Shown: in pieces, positions 47,889 to 58,693 of the stretch | Position numbering within the stretch: the first letter of the stretch is position 1 | How the letters are laid out: every line of letters begins with the position of its first letter | Assembly: GCA_977018835.1 (NCBI GenBank) | Contig: OZ361257.1 | Coordinates: forward strand, 1,674,001 to 1,738,000 | Direction of reading: 5' to 3' | DNA: 64,000 nucleotides | DNA from: Minutocellus sp. GHC0000111 | Lineage: Eukaryota | The notes under the pieces: model-generated | What the model saw: the letters and a program-made list of their open reading frames with translations, nothing else | Databases searched by the model: none | What the model was told of the DNA's origin: nothing | Made by a program: the position numbers and the translations under genes

Positions 47889-49613
47889 CTAATTATCCAT
47901 GGTTGGATCAGCAGGAGGAGGAGCGATAATTTTCCCATCTATCCGAACCATGCCATTTTCAGTCGGCCTGAAATCCTTTCGCACCCCAACATGAATGCCT
48001 TCACCGTTTCCAAGAAAATCATTGTTGCCTTTTGCAACGATTACCTTCTTTGCAATTCTATGAGCCTGGATGTATGCCGATGCGATCTTCCAGTTTTCCA
48101 GCCCCATCCAAACTTCCTCCGCTGCATCCCAAGTCTGATCCTCTGTCAAAACCTTCAGCCCCTCCCGATCGCGGCACAACATTGTATGCTGCTTTGACAT
48201 GCAAGGGAAAACAGACAGATCAAGAACATTCATATGGGGCATTTGCGGGGCCTGAGGTTCCCAACGCCATCCCTTGTCCCGACAGTATCCTTCCACATAT
48301 TCCACAAATTCAGTCTCGGCATGGGGCCCAGCATTGTCGCCCTGGAAAATAGGGACATAGCCTTCAAACTTTCCGCCAGGTCCGACCAAAGCCTCAACAT
48401 CCGGAAATATCTTGTTCTCAAACAAAGCTTTCAGTGGGAACTTGGGATTATCAAGGGTGCCATGGCTGCATCCAGTCACCGCGCAATCCACAAGGTATAG
48501 ATCGTCTTTCTTCCGAACCACCGGGCCGCAATATTTGATTCTACCATCTGCCTGCCGCACCGCCTCCCTTACCATCTGCCTCGCAATTTTATGCGCCTGA
48601 GCCCGAAAAAGTCCAAGCTTGAACGCAATGCCGCCATTCTCAATGCTGTCAATAAAAGCCAAGGCAGTGACAGCCACCACCATGCACTTGTTGATGTGAT
48701 TCTGGTGATATGCCGAGAAGGACCGAGGATCAATACCCAATTCTGCAACTTGCTTGGCATGCGATCGAAGAACCAAGCCCCAAAACCACTTCTCATCGAA
48801 CATAACAAGGAGAAACTTGCCACCGCCGAGCCCCCAATTGTTTCGGAATTTCCGCGCAAATGCCAAATGTTTCTCCATCTGATGTGTAGTAAGGAGAGGG
48901 ATGATCCTTTCGGCATAGTACCGGAACCCTTCCCGCGACATTATCCACCGCCGTATTGCCGAGTAGGAACACCAAAAGTTGACATCCACCTCCAGCTCCC
49001 GCCAAGATTCCCGAGGATTTCGTATCAGAGCATCAACAATAACATCTCGAATGTATGGCTGCATAGCCAGATGAGATCTCCTCTTCATCTCCCACATCGC
49101 CTTCTCAGATGCAGGTAGAGCACCATACGCCTTCATCCCTCCCGAAAATCGTGCACCATGCTCTGCGCTGGACAGCACCGAATAGTCCACCTTTGCCTGC
49201 TCCCTGCACTTGGCAATTGCAAAGAGACATGGTGCAGTATACCGCCGGGTCGCCGTTGCAAGATCGTCGATGACAGAACGGAAGGCGGCCGAATCAGATG
49301 AATCATCGGCACTCGTTGGGAAGCAGTATACCGGTCCAAGTATGCCGATCGCGTCATCGAAATGCTCAGCTTCGACTTCCGCCCGAGACACAAATGGATT
49401 GAACACATACTCACCGCTGTCTTGGCCATCATCATTGACCAGGAGAAAACTCTCAAGATTGACGGGCCCGAGGATTTTGAGAAGCACATGCTCCTCAATG
49501 TCGTCAGTCGACTCGTCTGCCGGGCGATAAGGGCCGAGAACATGCCCCTCGACATGGATGATGTCGTGGCAATAACTGAATCGGTGTACGACAAGGCCGC
49601 GGAGATGTTCCAC
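47889..49613 (-). CDS. Mariner-like transposase (DD38D); true start uncertain
   Basis: VMFDEKWF, FQGDNAGPH and QAPQMPHMNVLDLSVF motifs. The first in-frame ATG is at 49136; the ORF-track start is GTG. Confidence 0.9.
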   Translation of the reverse strand: MEHLRGLVVHRFSYCHDIIHVEGHVLGPYRPADESTDDIEEHVLLKILGPVNLESFLLVNDDGQDSGEYVFNPFVSRAEVEAEHFDDAIGILGPVYCFPTSADDSSDSAAFRSVIDDLATATRRYTAPCLFAIAKCREQAKVDYSVLSSAEHGARFSGGMKAYGALPASEKAMWEMKRRSHLAMQPYIRDVIVDALIRNPRESWRELEVDVNFWCSYSAIRRWIMSREGFRYYAERIIPLLTTHQMEKHLAFARKFRNNWGLGGGKFLLVMFDEKWFWGLVLRSHAKQVAELGIDPRSFSAYHQNHINKCMVVAVTALAFIDSIENGGIAFKLGLFRAQAHKIARQMVREAVRQADGRIKYCGPVVRKKDDLYLVDCAVTGCSHGTLDNPKFPLKALFENKIFPDVEALVGPGGKFEGYVPIFQGDNAGPHAETEFVEYVEGYCRDKGWRWEPQAPQMPHMNVLDLSVFPCMSKQHTMLCRDREGLKVLTEDQTWDAAEEVWMGLENWKIASAYIQAHRIAKKVIVAKGNNDFLGNGEGIHVGVRKDFRPTENGMVRIDGKIIAPPPADPTMDN

Positions 49614-49811
49614 TCCTCAGTTACCTTCATCTACAAGTTCAACGGCGTGAAGCGGGAGCTAAAGAAGCTCAAGCTCATCCCGGATTGGCTGTGGTGCGAG
49701 ATCCGGGACGAATGCATCGTACTGCCGATCCGAGGCGAGTATCATGCCATCGTTCAAGATGAAGACGAGATGGAGGCCGAACCGTCGCGTCGCACGAACG
49801 CGTCCATTTGA
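49362..49811 (+). CDS. Possible second, antisense ORF inside the transposon
   Basis: 149-aa ORF with natural-looking composition and C/G-ending codons. It extends about 200 bp beyond the transposase ORF. Confidence 0.4.
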   Translation: MLSFDFRPRHKWIEHILTAVLAIIIDQEKTLKIDGPEDFEKHMLLNVVSRLVCRAIRAENMPLDMDDVVAITESVYDKAAEMFHSSVTFIYKFNGVKRELKKLKLIPDWLWCEIRDECIVLPIRGEYHAIVQDEDEMEAEPSRRTNASI

Positions 49812-50351
49812 TTAGAGCCGCTGAAATCTAAAGTCTTATCCGAATTATTGTTTCACATGAAGATAAATCAAAATTAGAGTAAAAATAGCCATTTTCTTAA
49901 ATATTTCAGCATGACTATTCTTCGAGGCGCTTTTCAATCCCCTCGAAAGCAGTCAAAAACCGGGCGCTCGATTTCTCGCGAATCTGACCTCGTACATGTT
50001 TGTGATATGTGTCTACCTTCTTAGCTGGAACGGGGGCCCATCTACCAGTGATCTACCCAAGTATCGAAAAAGAACATTATACTAGTTATAGGTAAATAGT
50101 TTTTTCCATAGTAAAGGAGAAGTTTGAGCGATTAGAGACTTATTGTCATTGCACCTATCCCGTACTTTTTTGTGAGCGCTTGGTATTTCTTTTAGCTAGA
50201 TGTATCATAATGTGTAGAATGCAATGCATTTGTAATTGTACAAGACAATGGCAACGCACTGGGTGTGCGTTTGTGCCTACATGTCATATGTGCGTTCCCG
50301 TTGAAAAGTTTCAATGTGCTGTGGTCATCTGCGAATATAAGTAGGTGGGGT

Positions 50352-51293
50352 CTAAAAATGATTGGAGAGGGAGAGATTTTGCGTAGGATCTTCATCCTCC
50401 GATATGACGTGATTGTCCGACGATCCCTTGCAAAGATTGCCGAAGAAGCTGCTCTTGCGCTGTCGAGGCTGAGGCCCGTGATCGCTGGAAGATAGGGGAG
50501 TGACCGATGTCGCTGCGGATTCGAGGGCACCGGCACTCTTGGTTTTGTTGAGCTGAGCACGATGGTTGCTGCTGGCCGAGGCATTGATGTTGGCAGAACC
50601 GGTCATGCTCAGCTTTCGCATGGCAGCGCCTAGGAAGGATCCGCGACGCTTGGTCTTGTCCTCGGTTGGAGGGTTGTCGGTTAGGAGCGGATGTTCGGCA
50701 CGGGGTCGGTATTCTCCTTCCGACGCACGGATGAGGTCCAGGCTGCTCTTGCGATTGACCGCGCTGGGACGTTTGCTGCTTTTGCTGCCGGAGCCGGAAC
50801 TTCCGATGCTGGAGCGGCTACTAAACGCCGAGTTGCGTCTCGACCTGGAGAATCTCTTTTTGAGCAGACTTGAGCGGCGACGGCCGGAGCTTCGTGGCTG
50901 CTGTCCCGGCGGCGTCAGGTCGTCAAGGCCGTGATGCTCGGCTTCCAGGCTGTCATCGTCGGAGAGGTCGCCGCTGGCGAAGCTGGAGCGGATACTGGAC
51001 CGGATGCTGCTGACGAACGAGCCACGCTTGCTACCGGAGCTGTCATTGTTGCGGGACCGAGAGAAGACATTTCGGAACCGGAGAGAGCGGTTGCTGCTAT
51101 CGGCGGCATCCGGCTCGGACAGTGCCATGGCTGTCACAGGATATTCTCTCTTTGGCCGCTGTTGATCAGAGCCGGCCACGTCGACGGGAGATCCGGTCGA
51201 ATTATTTCCCGACGAAACAGTCTGCGCCGCAGTGGACACTTCCGAGGCGAGAGCACCGACATCATTGGGAGTATCGAAGGTCATTATGTGCAT
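50352..51293 (-). CDS. Ser/Arg-rich low-complexity protein
   Basis: 313-aa ORF with repeated RRxS/RKSS motifs and host-like codon usage. No domain recognised. Confidence 0.6.
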   Translation of the reverse strand: MHIMTFDTPNDVGALASEVSTAAQTVSSGNNSTGSPVDVAGSDQQRPKREYPVTAMALSEPDAADSSNRSLRFRNVFSRSRNNDSSGSKRGSFVSSIRSSIRSSFASGDLSDDDSLEAEHHGLDDLTPPGQQPRSSGRRRSSLLKKRFSRSRRNSAFSSRSSIGSSGSGSKSSKRPSAVNRKSSLDLIRASEGEYRPRAEHPLLTDNPPTEDKTKRRGSFLGAAMRKLSMTGSANINASASSNHRAQLNKTKSAGALESAATSVTPLSSSDHGPQPRQRKSSFFGNLCKGSSDNHVISEDEDPTQNLSLSNHF

Positions 51294-52432
51294 CGTTTAC
51301 TTGCGATCAATAAAAATTTTCTTGAGGTCGCAGAATGAAAGTAGTGAGTGTTGAAAGCAAGGCTGTCCTTCAAAGTAGCAAAAGGCTCGAGCAGACACGT
51401 GTGATGTTTGTGAATAGAGGCCAAGCGACGAAGAGTGCTTGGTAGATGAAGCTATCATGCCATGAAGGAACAAGGCCGGCCAAACCGCCAAACCATGAAC
51501 TGTGAGGAGCGAAACGTCTCATGCGTCGGGGTAACTCGCCGACTCCTCGTCGATGGGGTTGGTGCCGGCCATTATTTGCTTTGTGCAATTTTCCAGGCTT
51601 CAAGACATCTCGAAAAAGAGATGCCACGTCAACAGCAGGCCTTTGGCGATAGGGGGCGCAATCAGGGGCCTGAAGGGGGCGCGCCCCCGGGGGGCTACTT
51701 TGGTTAGTGGATGCAGAGTGAAATCAGTTTTCATCTTCTGTGACTTCAGCTTTCGCCCAGCCACCAAGCATGCATTGAAGAGCTGCACTGCGCTTTATTT
51801 GATGTTCTAACTATGTCTGGGGCGTCGTAGCGGCGACCGCCATGGTGGGGATGCATTTGCGGGACCAAATGAGTTGGCGAGAGGAAAGCATGAAAGCATG
51901 AGGAGTTGATCCCATAAAAACGAAAATTGACTTGTTCGACTAAAAATTCCGACGTTTGCAAAATCGACCCCCGAGATTGGGGCCGCCTTAGAGGCAGTCC
52001 AAACAAGAGAGTTTTTGAGGGAAGCGAAAAACAGCCACGTCAGAAAACTTCCTTGGAAATTCGAGAGAAAAAAGCCCGTCCAAAGCGATCGAGGCCGAAA
52101 CGAAGAAGAGGCAAGGATAAAAAACGAAGTGCTTGGCCAGACACTGGGCAAACCGATCGCGGAGACGATGATGCCAGGCGTTGGATGCATGTACCAGATA
52201 GATAGTATGATAAAATATATACTCCTAGTTATATTTTGAAGCAAGATGCGCAACAATCAGCCACTATTCTCGTGTTCGAGCAGTCAGCACAACACGTTTG
52301 CCCGTCCGCTACGTGTAGATCTAGTTGTGCCAACGATGGCGAGACCTCCTCGTTCTCGACGTGGTCGTACCTCATTTGCTCGTGATAGACGAAATGATCG
52401 ATTCTCTCATCTTGCAACGCTTGTAATCGTTC

Positions 52433-53725
52433 TTGATGAATGCGATCAAAGGCCATCCTGACGTGTCGCGGATGCTCCGCAACCAAGGCAAGTCAGTCTG
52501 GATGGCGACGAAGACGACGAAAGGAGGCAACCCCGTCCGCGTTGGATTCCTGAGTGGCACAGCCCACCCGGAATTCACGGACAGAGATTCTCTCGCGCTT
52601 GCCCTGAAGGACCTTGGCGTTACTGACATGGGCGAGAAATCGAACGAGAATGCAAAGGCGAAGCTGATCCGCGGCCCTGTGAGTGCGTCGTATGCCAACG
52701 TCAAAGTCGAAGGAGATGCCATTGTGGTCTTGGCTGATGATTCCGTCAAGGATGCTGTCACCGACCAGCTCATGGATGTCACCAGCAGTGCCATCACGGA
52801 AGCTAGTAGGCAGCTCGATGCAACCTTCGCTATGGCAGGATTCCGAAAAGCATTGCTTAATGGAGAGATCGATCTCACAACGTACACAGACGACGAGATC
52901 CTCATGACCCTGTTGGAAACGATGCAGCACAAATGTCTATTCTGGAAACGTGCAAGATTCCTATTGAATATGTTCCAGATTCCTGGATTATGCACCTGCG
53001 CACCTTCTTAGCGACAATGGACGGAAAGATCCACATTCCCAATGTGTGGCTGCCACCGCGACGAAGAGAGAAGGACTCCTTCATCATGGAGGAGGTCAAT
53101 CTCCTGCCCCTCTCGACTCCGAACAAACAACGGGTGAATGACTGCCGCTTGTACCTGGGTGCAATAACGAAGAGCGACTTAGTAACCGTCGACGGTACTG
53201 AACTTGACATGCGGCTCCTCGAAGGCAGGCGGCGCCTTGCAACGACACTCATTTTCCCAGATCGACCATCACCGCCAGCAACTAGTTGGAAGATCTTTCG
53301 ATCAACAATGCGACGATTGTATGCCAAACATAGAAAAGGAAAAATGCCGAAGAGACTGCGGCTGGAATACCCAATGGGCCCTTGGTATCAAATCCAGCAT
53401 CACGCATGGGACAGGTGGATGCTCGACGAAGGCAAGAATGTATTGTACGAGTGTGACGAGATGAAGCGATGCCTTAATGTGCTGAAATACTCACCAGATC
53501 AGCAGGGATATAGTCGGACTGGAGCCTCAACGAAGAAAATGCCCAAATTGGCAGTCCCAGTGCAAACAGTGGAATCAAATGTAGTCAAATTGATCGGATG
53601 TCGCCCCAGCCTGCCCCTTCCTAGAGTGAGGGACGCGGAAACTGCGGAGATGTCACTCAAGGAGAGAATTGCGTGTCAACCTGACCACATCCGAAGAATG
53701 ATCGGCGACGTTGATGTCAAGTTGA
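52433..53725 (+). mobile_element. Internally deleted non-LTR retrotransposon remnant (diatom LINE-like); boundaries approximate
   Basis: ORF1-like piece (VGFLSGTAHPEFTDR) joined to a post-RT segment typical of diatom LINE ORF2 (SWIMHLRTFL, RREKDSFIM, VNDCRLYL...SDLVTVDG, PMGPW). No RT or endonuclease motifs. Confidence 0.7.
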
Positions 53726-53829
53726 GCGAAAAGTCTCTCAGCGTTGATGGCATCGGAGGATTTGATGGCGAGCAGTTGCGAACCGACGCCACAGCTACAT
53801 GTAATGCTACTTCGCAACGGCGGACGTCA

Positions 53830-54834
53830 ATGTCCAACAGCATGACCTTCGTTGGAGGGAACTCCATGTCCAGCAGCATCTCCTCCCTCTTCAGCAACAA
53901 CGAAACTGACAGTGAGGCTCCTGGTCGTCGTCGTACAGGCGAAGATTACGCTGGATCCACTTCGTCTCTACCACTCCCAATACGCCTCAACAGGACCCTC
54001 ACGAATGTGTTGAACTCAATGTTTCAGTGTAAAAGTGAGGAGGCAGGTTTATCACCCAGCACCCACAGTGTCAAAATATCGACGAAACCCAAAATGAGCA
54101 CATCGCTCATGGATCGAACATATTCTGAAGCCTCTGGGCAAGAAGATGCTGGAAACAATATAAATTATCCTATAAATGTCAAGAGAGAGGAAGGATTTGA
54201 TCGGCCGATTCAACTCATGATCCCGGGCAATGCCAGGCTTGACACTAGCAATCATGCTAATCGCTGCCCCCTTTGCCTTGATAACATGTCATCAGCCGAC
54301 TTGGCGCATCCTCCACAGTGCAGCACCTCTGCATGCACCTTCAACTTTTGCCTCGATTGTGCTGAGAGTTACATAGCCAGCTCGAAATACCCTTATCAAA
54401 AGGCGAGCGATGGGAGCCAGCAGCTGAAAGTTTTCCTCCGCTGCCCGAGCTGTAGATCAGACCTATCGACAACTCTACGCGATACCGTACTGCTCAGGCA
54501 TTCTGAGATTGTTGCGACAAGTAGCGATGAAATCAAATTGACCCCGTCGGATCTTTCTCTCAAGGATGCCATGAGCAGTGATTCATATATCCAGACTGCA
54601 GTTGCTATTGCAAAGAAAAGGGAGGAAACATTTTTCCGTGATGGTACTATGGATCAGGGTTTAGGAGCAGAAATAGACTCCAACATGCCGTGCCATGGCA
54701 TCGGTACAAATCAGAAACGACGCCACTCCTTCTTCTATGGTCTGATTGAGGAAGCGAAGGAAGCTCGAGAAAAGAAAAAGGCGTTGGAGACCCAACGCCA
54801 CCGCGCCCACAATCGTCGTCACAGTGTGGTTTGA
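53830..54834 (+). CDS. RING-like zinc-finger protein (ORF open in frame from 52933 through the retroelement fragment)
   Basis: CPLC...QCSTSACTFNFCLDC...ASDGSQQLKVFLRCPSCR motif. Start chosen at the first ATG after the TE-like region. Confidence 0.7.
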   Translation: MSNSMTFVGGNSMSSSISSLFSNNETDSEAPGRRRTGEDYAGSTSSLPLPIRLNRTLTNVLNSMFQCKSEEAGLSPSTHSVKISTKPKMSTSLMDRTYSEASGQEDAGNNINYPINVKREEGFDRPIQLMIPGNARLDTSNHANRCPLCLDNMSSADLAHPPQCSTSACTFNFCLDCAESYIASSKYPYQKASDGSQQLKVFLRCPSCRSDLSTTLRDTVLLRHSEIVATSSDEIKLTPSDLSLKDAMSSDSYIQTAVAIAKKREETFFRDGTMDQGLGAEIDSNMPCHGIGTNQKRRHSFFYGLIEEAKEAREKKKALETQRHRAHNRRHSVV

Positions 54835-54994
54835 CGATATTTCGCCTTGTAACGTCTTCATAATTGTCCATGTCAGTTACATGTATTAGATCTTCACTTG
54901 TAGTGATATTTGTATAATTAATTAATTATTTTGTTGTTTATAAAGAGTATGCCAAATATGCCTACAACCAAATTTGATGTATCCGTGCATTTAT

Positions 54995-56144
54995 TTACTC
55001 CTCCTTCTTCTTCAACCAACCTCCGAAGGTCGGAGCCATAACACAAAGCATGCCGCCGACAATGTTGCCGAGAGTGACGGGAAGGAGGTTGCCGGTAAGG
55101 AACTGACTGAGGGTGATCTCAGCACCACGGAGCATACCAAGAGGGATCATGAACATGTTGGCAACGCTGTGCTCAAGGCCAAGAGCGACAAAGGCCGAGA
55201 TGGGGAACCAAACGGCGGTCATCTTGCCGACCAGACTGCTGCATCCGGATGCCATGTATACGGCCATGCACACGAGCCAGTTGCACATGATGCCACGAAC
55301 AAATGCCTGCTGGTAGGAGAGAGATGCCTTCATGGTGGCGATATTGACCGATCCAGGAAGAGCACCGAGAGTGCCCGATGCATATGCGAGGTAGGCGAGG
55401 AAGAGAGAACCGACAAAGTTGCCAATGTAGCTGGCAATCCAAGACTTGGCCAATTCTCCCTTGGTGCTCTTACCCTCCATGAATGAGGCACCAACAAGAG
55501 CGGTATTGCCAGTGAAGAGTTCGCCGCCAGTAACGAGCGTCATGATGAGGCCGAAAGGAAGGCCGAAAGCGCCGAGAATGATCTGTATAATTGGATGGTG
55601 GCAATTGCGTTTGTGCATGTGATGAATGGGACAATATCATGTGTTAGATTGGCGAGTAATGAAGCACGTTTATGTGCTGCAAGTCATCATAGCTCTTAGT
55701 ACAGATTCGATTCAAAAGTATGTATACGAGCTTTCGCGTCTGAAGTAGACTCTATTTGTGCATGCTAGTCAAGTAATCAAGATTCGCACAATATGTCACA
55801 CTTGCCTTCTGAAGACCGGGGTTGGCAGCGGCGATGCCGGGGCAGGCACCGCCGACGGAGATGGCGAGATACGATCCGAAACCAATGTGAGCACCGGACA
55901 CGATGCCGAGCTTGAAGATCTTGGCCCAGGACCCCTTGCCCTTGGCAACGCCAGCGGCGACGGCACCCTCGTAAAGGGCCGGAGGAGGCTTGAGGTCGGC
56001 AGGAGCGGCCTGCCCACCGGACATGCGAAGTGCCGAGGTGGTCGATGCCGACAGAGTCGACTGGGGGGTGAAGCTGGGCTTGCCGAAGGCGTAGCTGCTC
56101 TGAGCGGCCAGGAGGCCGAGGCCAAGGACAGAGATGACACGCAT
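54995..56144 (-). CDS. Plastid-targeted formate/nitrite transporter (FNT, NAR1-like), 2 exons with a GC-AG intron
   Basis: Presequence ...AQSSYA-FG. GGELFTGN, YIGNFVG, GIMCNWLVC, LEHSVANMF and VTLGNIVGG motifs. Intron 55583-55805 (AAG/GCAAGT...TACAG) joins PGLQK-IILGAFGLP in frame. Confidence 0.93.
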
Positions 56145-56623
56145 GTTTTGGGTTGGGTTGTATTTGAATTGGAATTCCTACAAGTAGTGAGAAAGATTTG
56201 TGCGGTGGAGCTGACTTGGACTGCCCAAACTTCCAGAAGTTTTGCCGCACACGCGCTTTCATCGCGTCAAGGCGGCAAGAAGGCGTAGGCGGCAAGCAAG
56301 AAGGACTGACCAATGACCCTCAAATTTCATGGGACGAAGGACAGGCGGCGGTCTTTGCTGCCTTGCTTTTCAATCAGAATCAACAGGCGAACAAAAAGAC
56401 GACAAAGCTAGCGCTCGTGAATCTTCTACATGTACCGGTCGGTAATCTACATGCATTTATGACTACCTCAAGCTTGATATTTTTGAATATGATACAACCA
56501 ACCAGCGGATTTCCAAATGATACCGTTTGAGAACAAATCTCCCCTTGAAAAGATGCCTGCCTCTCCTCCTCAAAATAATTCTTCTCCTTGCTGCATGTGT
56601 GTTGCATTCTTCTTCTCATTCTC

Positions 56624-57424
56624 TCAGGCCCAAATCGCCAACTTCCCAATCAACTTTCGTTTCTCTTCCGCTTCATTGTTTGTTGGATTTTCATTCTGCG
56701 CCCTGCCGCCAGTCCCTGCTTTAGTTGCTGCGTCCTCAAGAACCTTGACACTATCATTATATTCTCGTTCCCTGCAGAGAGAAATGGCAGTTTCACCAAA
56801 CGTATTTGGGATGGCAACATCCGTCCGTTCATCCTTGAGCATGGCTTGAACAGCCGGCAATGATAAATTGGCATTATATCCCGGCCGAAGGAAGCATGCT
56901 CCCATCAGCGGCGTTCGATCTCCCTCCGATTTTGCGTTTGGATCAGCACCCTCCTTCAAAAGCAATCCAATCAAATTCACGTTGCCCGTCAAGCACGCGG
57001 CTCGGAGTGGTGTATGGCGAAAACCCGGCGGTGGTTGTGCTGGTGCACCGGCCTCCATAATCAACTTGACGAGCGACTCATTCCCAGTCAATGTCGCCTC
57101 GATGAGTGGTGTGATGCCCTTTTCGTCCTCCTCGTTCACATCCTTTCCTTCTTTCTCAATGAGATATTTCACCTTGTCGATGTTTTGTGCTCGAATGGCA
57201 TCAAACAATGGCAAGGATTTTAATTTCGTATCATCGCCACCACGGAGATTATTCGACGAGGTAGCCGCGGCTGCCTTCTTGGCTTCGTATGACTTTGTGC
57301 CAAGAAAGGTGAGGAGAGCAATGGAAAGTAGTAAGAGGAGGAGCATGTTGGTCGGCCGCAGTATTTGCCGCTGCAAACTGCCGCCATTCGCGCCTGCTGC
57401 GCTGCCGCCACCTAATCGGACCAT
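56624..57424 (-). CDS. Ankyrin-repeat protein with N-terminal TM/signal anchor
   Basis: GITPLIEA, HTPLRAA, RTPLMGA and GETAISL ankyrin motifs. LLLLLLSIALLTFL segment. Confidence 0.88.
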   Translation of the reverse strand: MVRLGGGSAAGANGGSLQRQILRPTNMLLLLLLSIALLTFLGTKSYEAKKAAAATSSNNLRGGDDTKLKSLPLFDAIRAQNIDKVKYLIEKEGKDVNEEDEKGITPLIEATLTGNESLVKLIMEAGAPAQPPPGFRHTPLRAACLTGNVNLIGLLLKEGADPNAKSEGDRTPLMGACFLRPGYNANLSLPAVQAMLKDERTDVAIPNTFGETAISLCREREYNDSVKVLEDAATKAGTGGRAQNENPTNNEAEEKRKLIGKLAIWA

Positions 57425-57675
57425 TGCTTTACAAGCTTTGCGATAATTAGCGGCGAAGAGACCAATATGCGATCCCGGTGAAAGGAATGTTGCCGACCGG
57501 CATGCACTGGCGTGGGTGGCATGCAGAGCCGGCGCGGTCTCTTCTTCTGGTCTCACAAGGGGTCATTCTCACCAGTCCCGATAAAATGCAACTCACTCCC
57601 GATACGACTTGCTCGACTTGAAAAATCCTGCGCTTACGCTTGACACCTCTGTCTCGAACGGCCTTTCATTCCACA

Positions 57676-58521
57676 ATGCTGATCGGCTTCAGTTTCTCTC
57701 CTGGAGGCCTTCTCCTTCCATATCACCTCGGTGTTCTGGCGTCTCTCGAATCCCACGGTTTTATATCCCACGCAACTCCGTTGGCTGGCTCGTCAGCTGG
57801 AAGTATTGCAGTGGCATCACACGCCTCAGGTGTGTCACCTCATCGTGCCCTCGAAGCCTCGATTCGAGTTTCGTCGCATTGTTATAATCCACTTTTTGTG
57901 CCAGCAGGAAAGCTGATGGGAGCATTGCGACATGAGATGAATGAGATTTTACCAAAAGATGCTCATCACGTCATCAATGAGCGCCAAGGCATGACGGTAT
58001 TGGCACATCGAGAATTATATCCCACCCCAAAGTCTCGACTTGTCACCCAATTCGATACCCGCGAATGTCTCATGGATGCCGTTTGCGACAGCAGTATGTT
58101 TCCATTCTTCACTTCCAACAAGGTGGCACGTGCAGTGCGACGAAGAAATGAGAATCATCATCGTCTAGTCGTCGATGGTATCTTTGCTGTCAGTCCAGAA
58201 CGGTTGGGATGTCCAGATTTTGACGAGGTTAGTTCTGATGATGGTGTTTGGCGAGGCCAAAAGCCAGATCGGACAGTCATGGTATCATGTTTCCCAACCG
58301 AGCTGCTCTCACTGACAACTAACAATGCCAAGTACGATGTCATTGGATCAAAATTGGATTTGACCAATCCAGTCGGCCATGCAGCTGGATTGGTAAAGAT
58401 GGCATGCCTAGCGTCCAATCAAAAGGAACTGACAAACTTATATGAGCAAGGTTGGAAGGATGGTGAGGAGTGGGCGAGAAAGGAAGAGCGGAGGAATGCA
58501 TTGGCATCGCTACAAGCATAA
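57676..58521 (+). CDS. Patatin-like phospholipase
   Basis: SPGGLLLPYHLGV oxyanion region, GSSAG nucleophile elbow and VVDG catalytic Asp. Confidence 0.88.
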   Translation: MLIGFSFSPGGLLLPYHLGVLASLESHGFISHATPLAGSSAGSIAVASHASGVSPHRALEASIRVSSHCYNPLFVPAGKLMGALRHEMNEILPKDAHHVINERQGMTVLAHRELYPTPKSRLVTQFDTRECLMDAVCDSSMFPFFTSNKVARAVRRRNENHHRLVVDGIFAVSPERLGCPDFDEVSSDDGVWRGQKPDRTVMVSCFPTELLSLTTNNAKYDVIGSKLDLTNPVGHAAGLVKMACLASNQKELTNLYEQGWKDGEEWARKEERRNALASLQA

Positions 58522-58693
58522 ATTATTTCACATGAAATGCGATGAGACATTGTCGTACTATAGCGATAACACACGTGGATAAGCCAAATCTGCTTTTTGT
58601 GTCTATAACATATATGTATTCGAATAGCTTCATTTTCCTTATCACGAGTCGAGTACAAATATCAGGTCTATTTGGGTGATAATATTTTTTCTC

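Larger units (their letters stand above)
47689..49992 (-). mobile_element. Tc1/mariner-superfamily DNA transposon, apparently full length (2304 bp)
   Basis: 29-bp TIRs at 47689-47717 and 49964-49992 (3 mismatches), flanked by TA at 47687-47688 and 49993-49994, enclosing a DDD transposase. Confidence 0.93.

Noticed and set aside
47689..49992. Fanzor/TnpB nuclease carried by the mariner element
   Set aside because: No RuvC or Zn-finger motifs and no room for such an ORF.
17486..56144. Nitrate-assimilation cluster (moaC plus nitrite transporter)
   Set aside because: The genes are about 36 kb apart with many unrelated genes between, and no nitrate or nitrite reductase is present.
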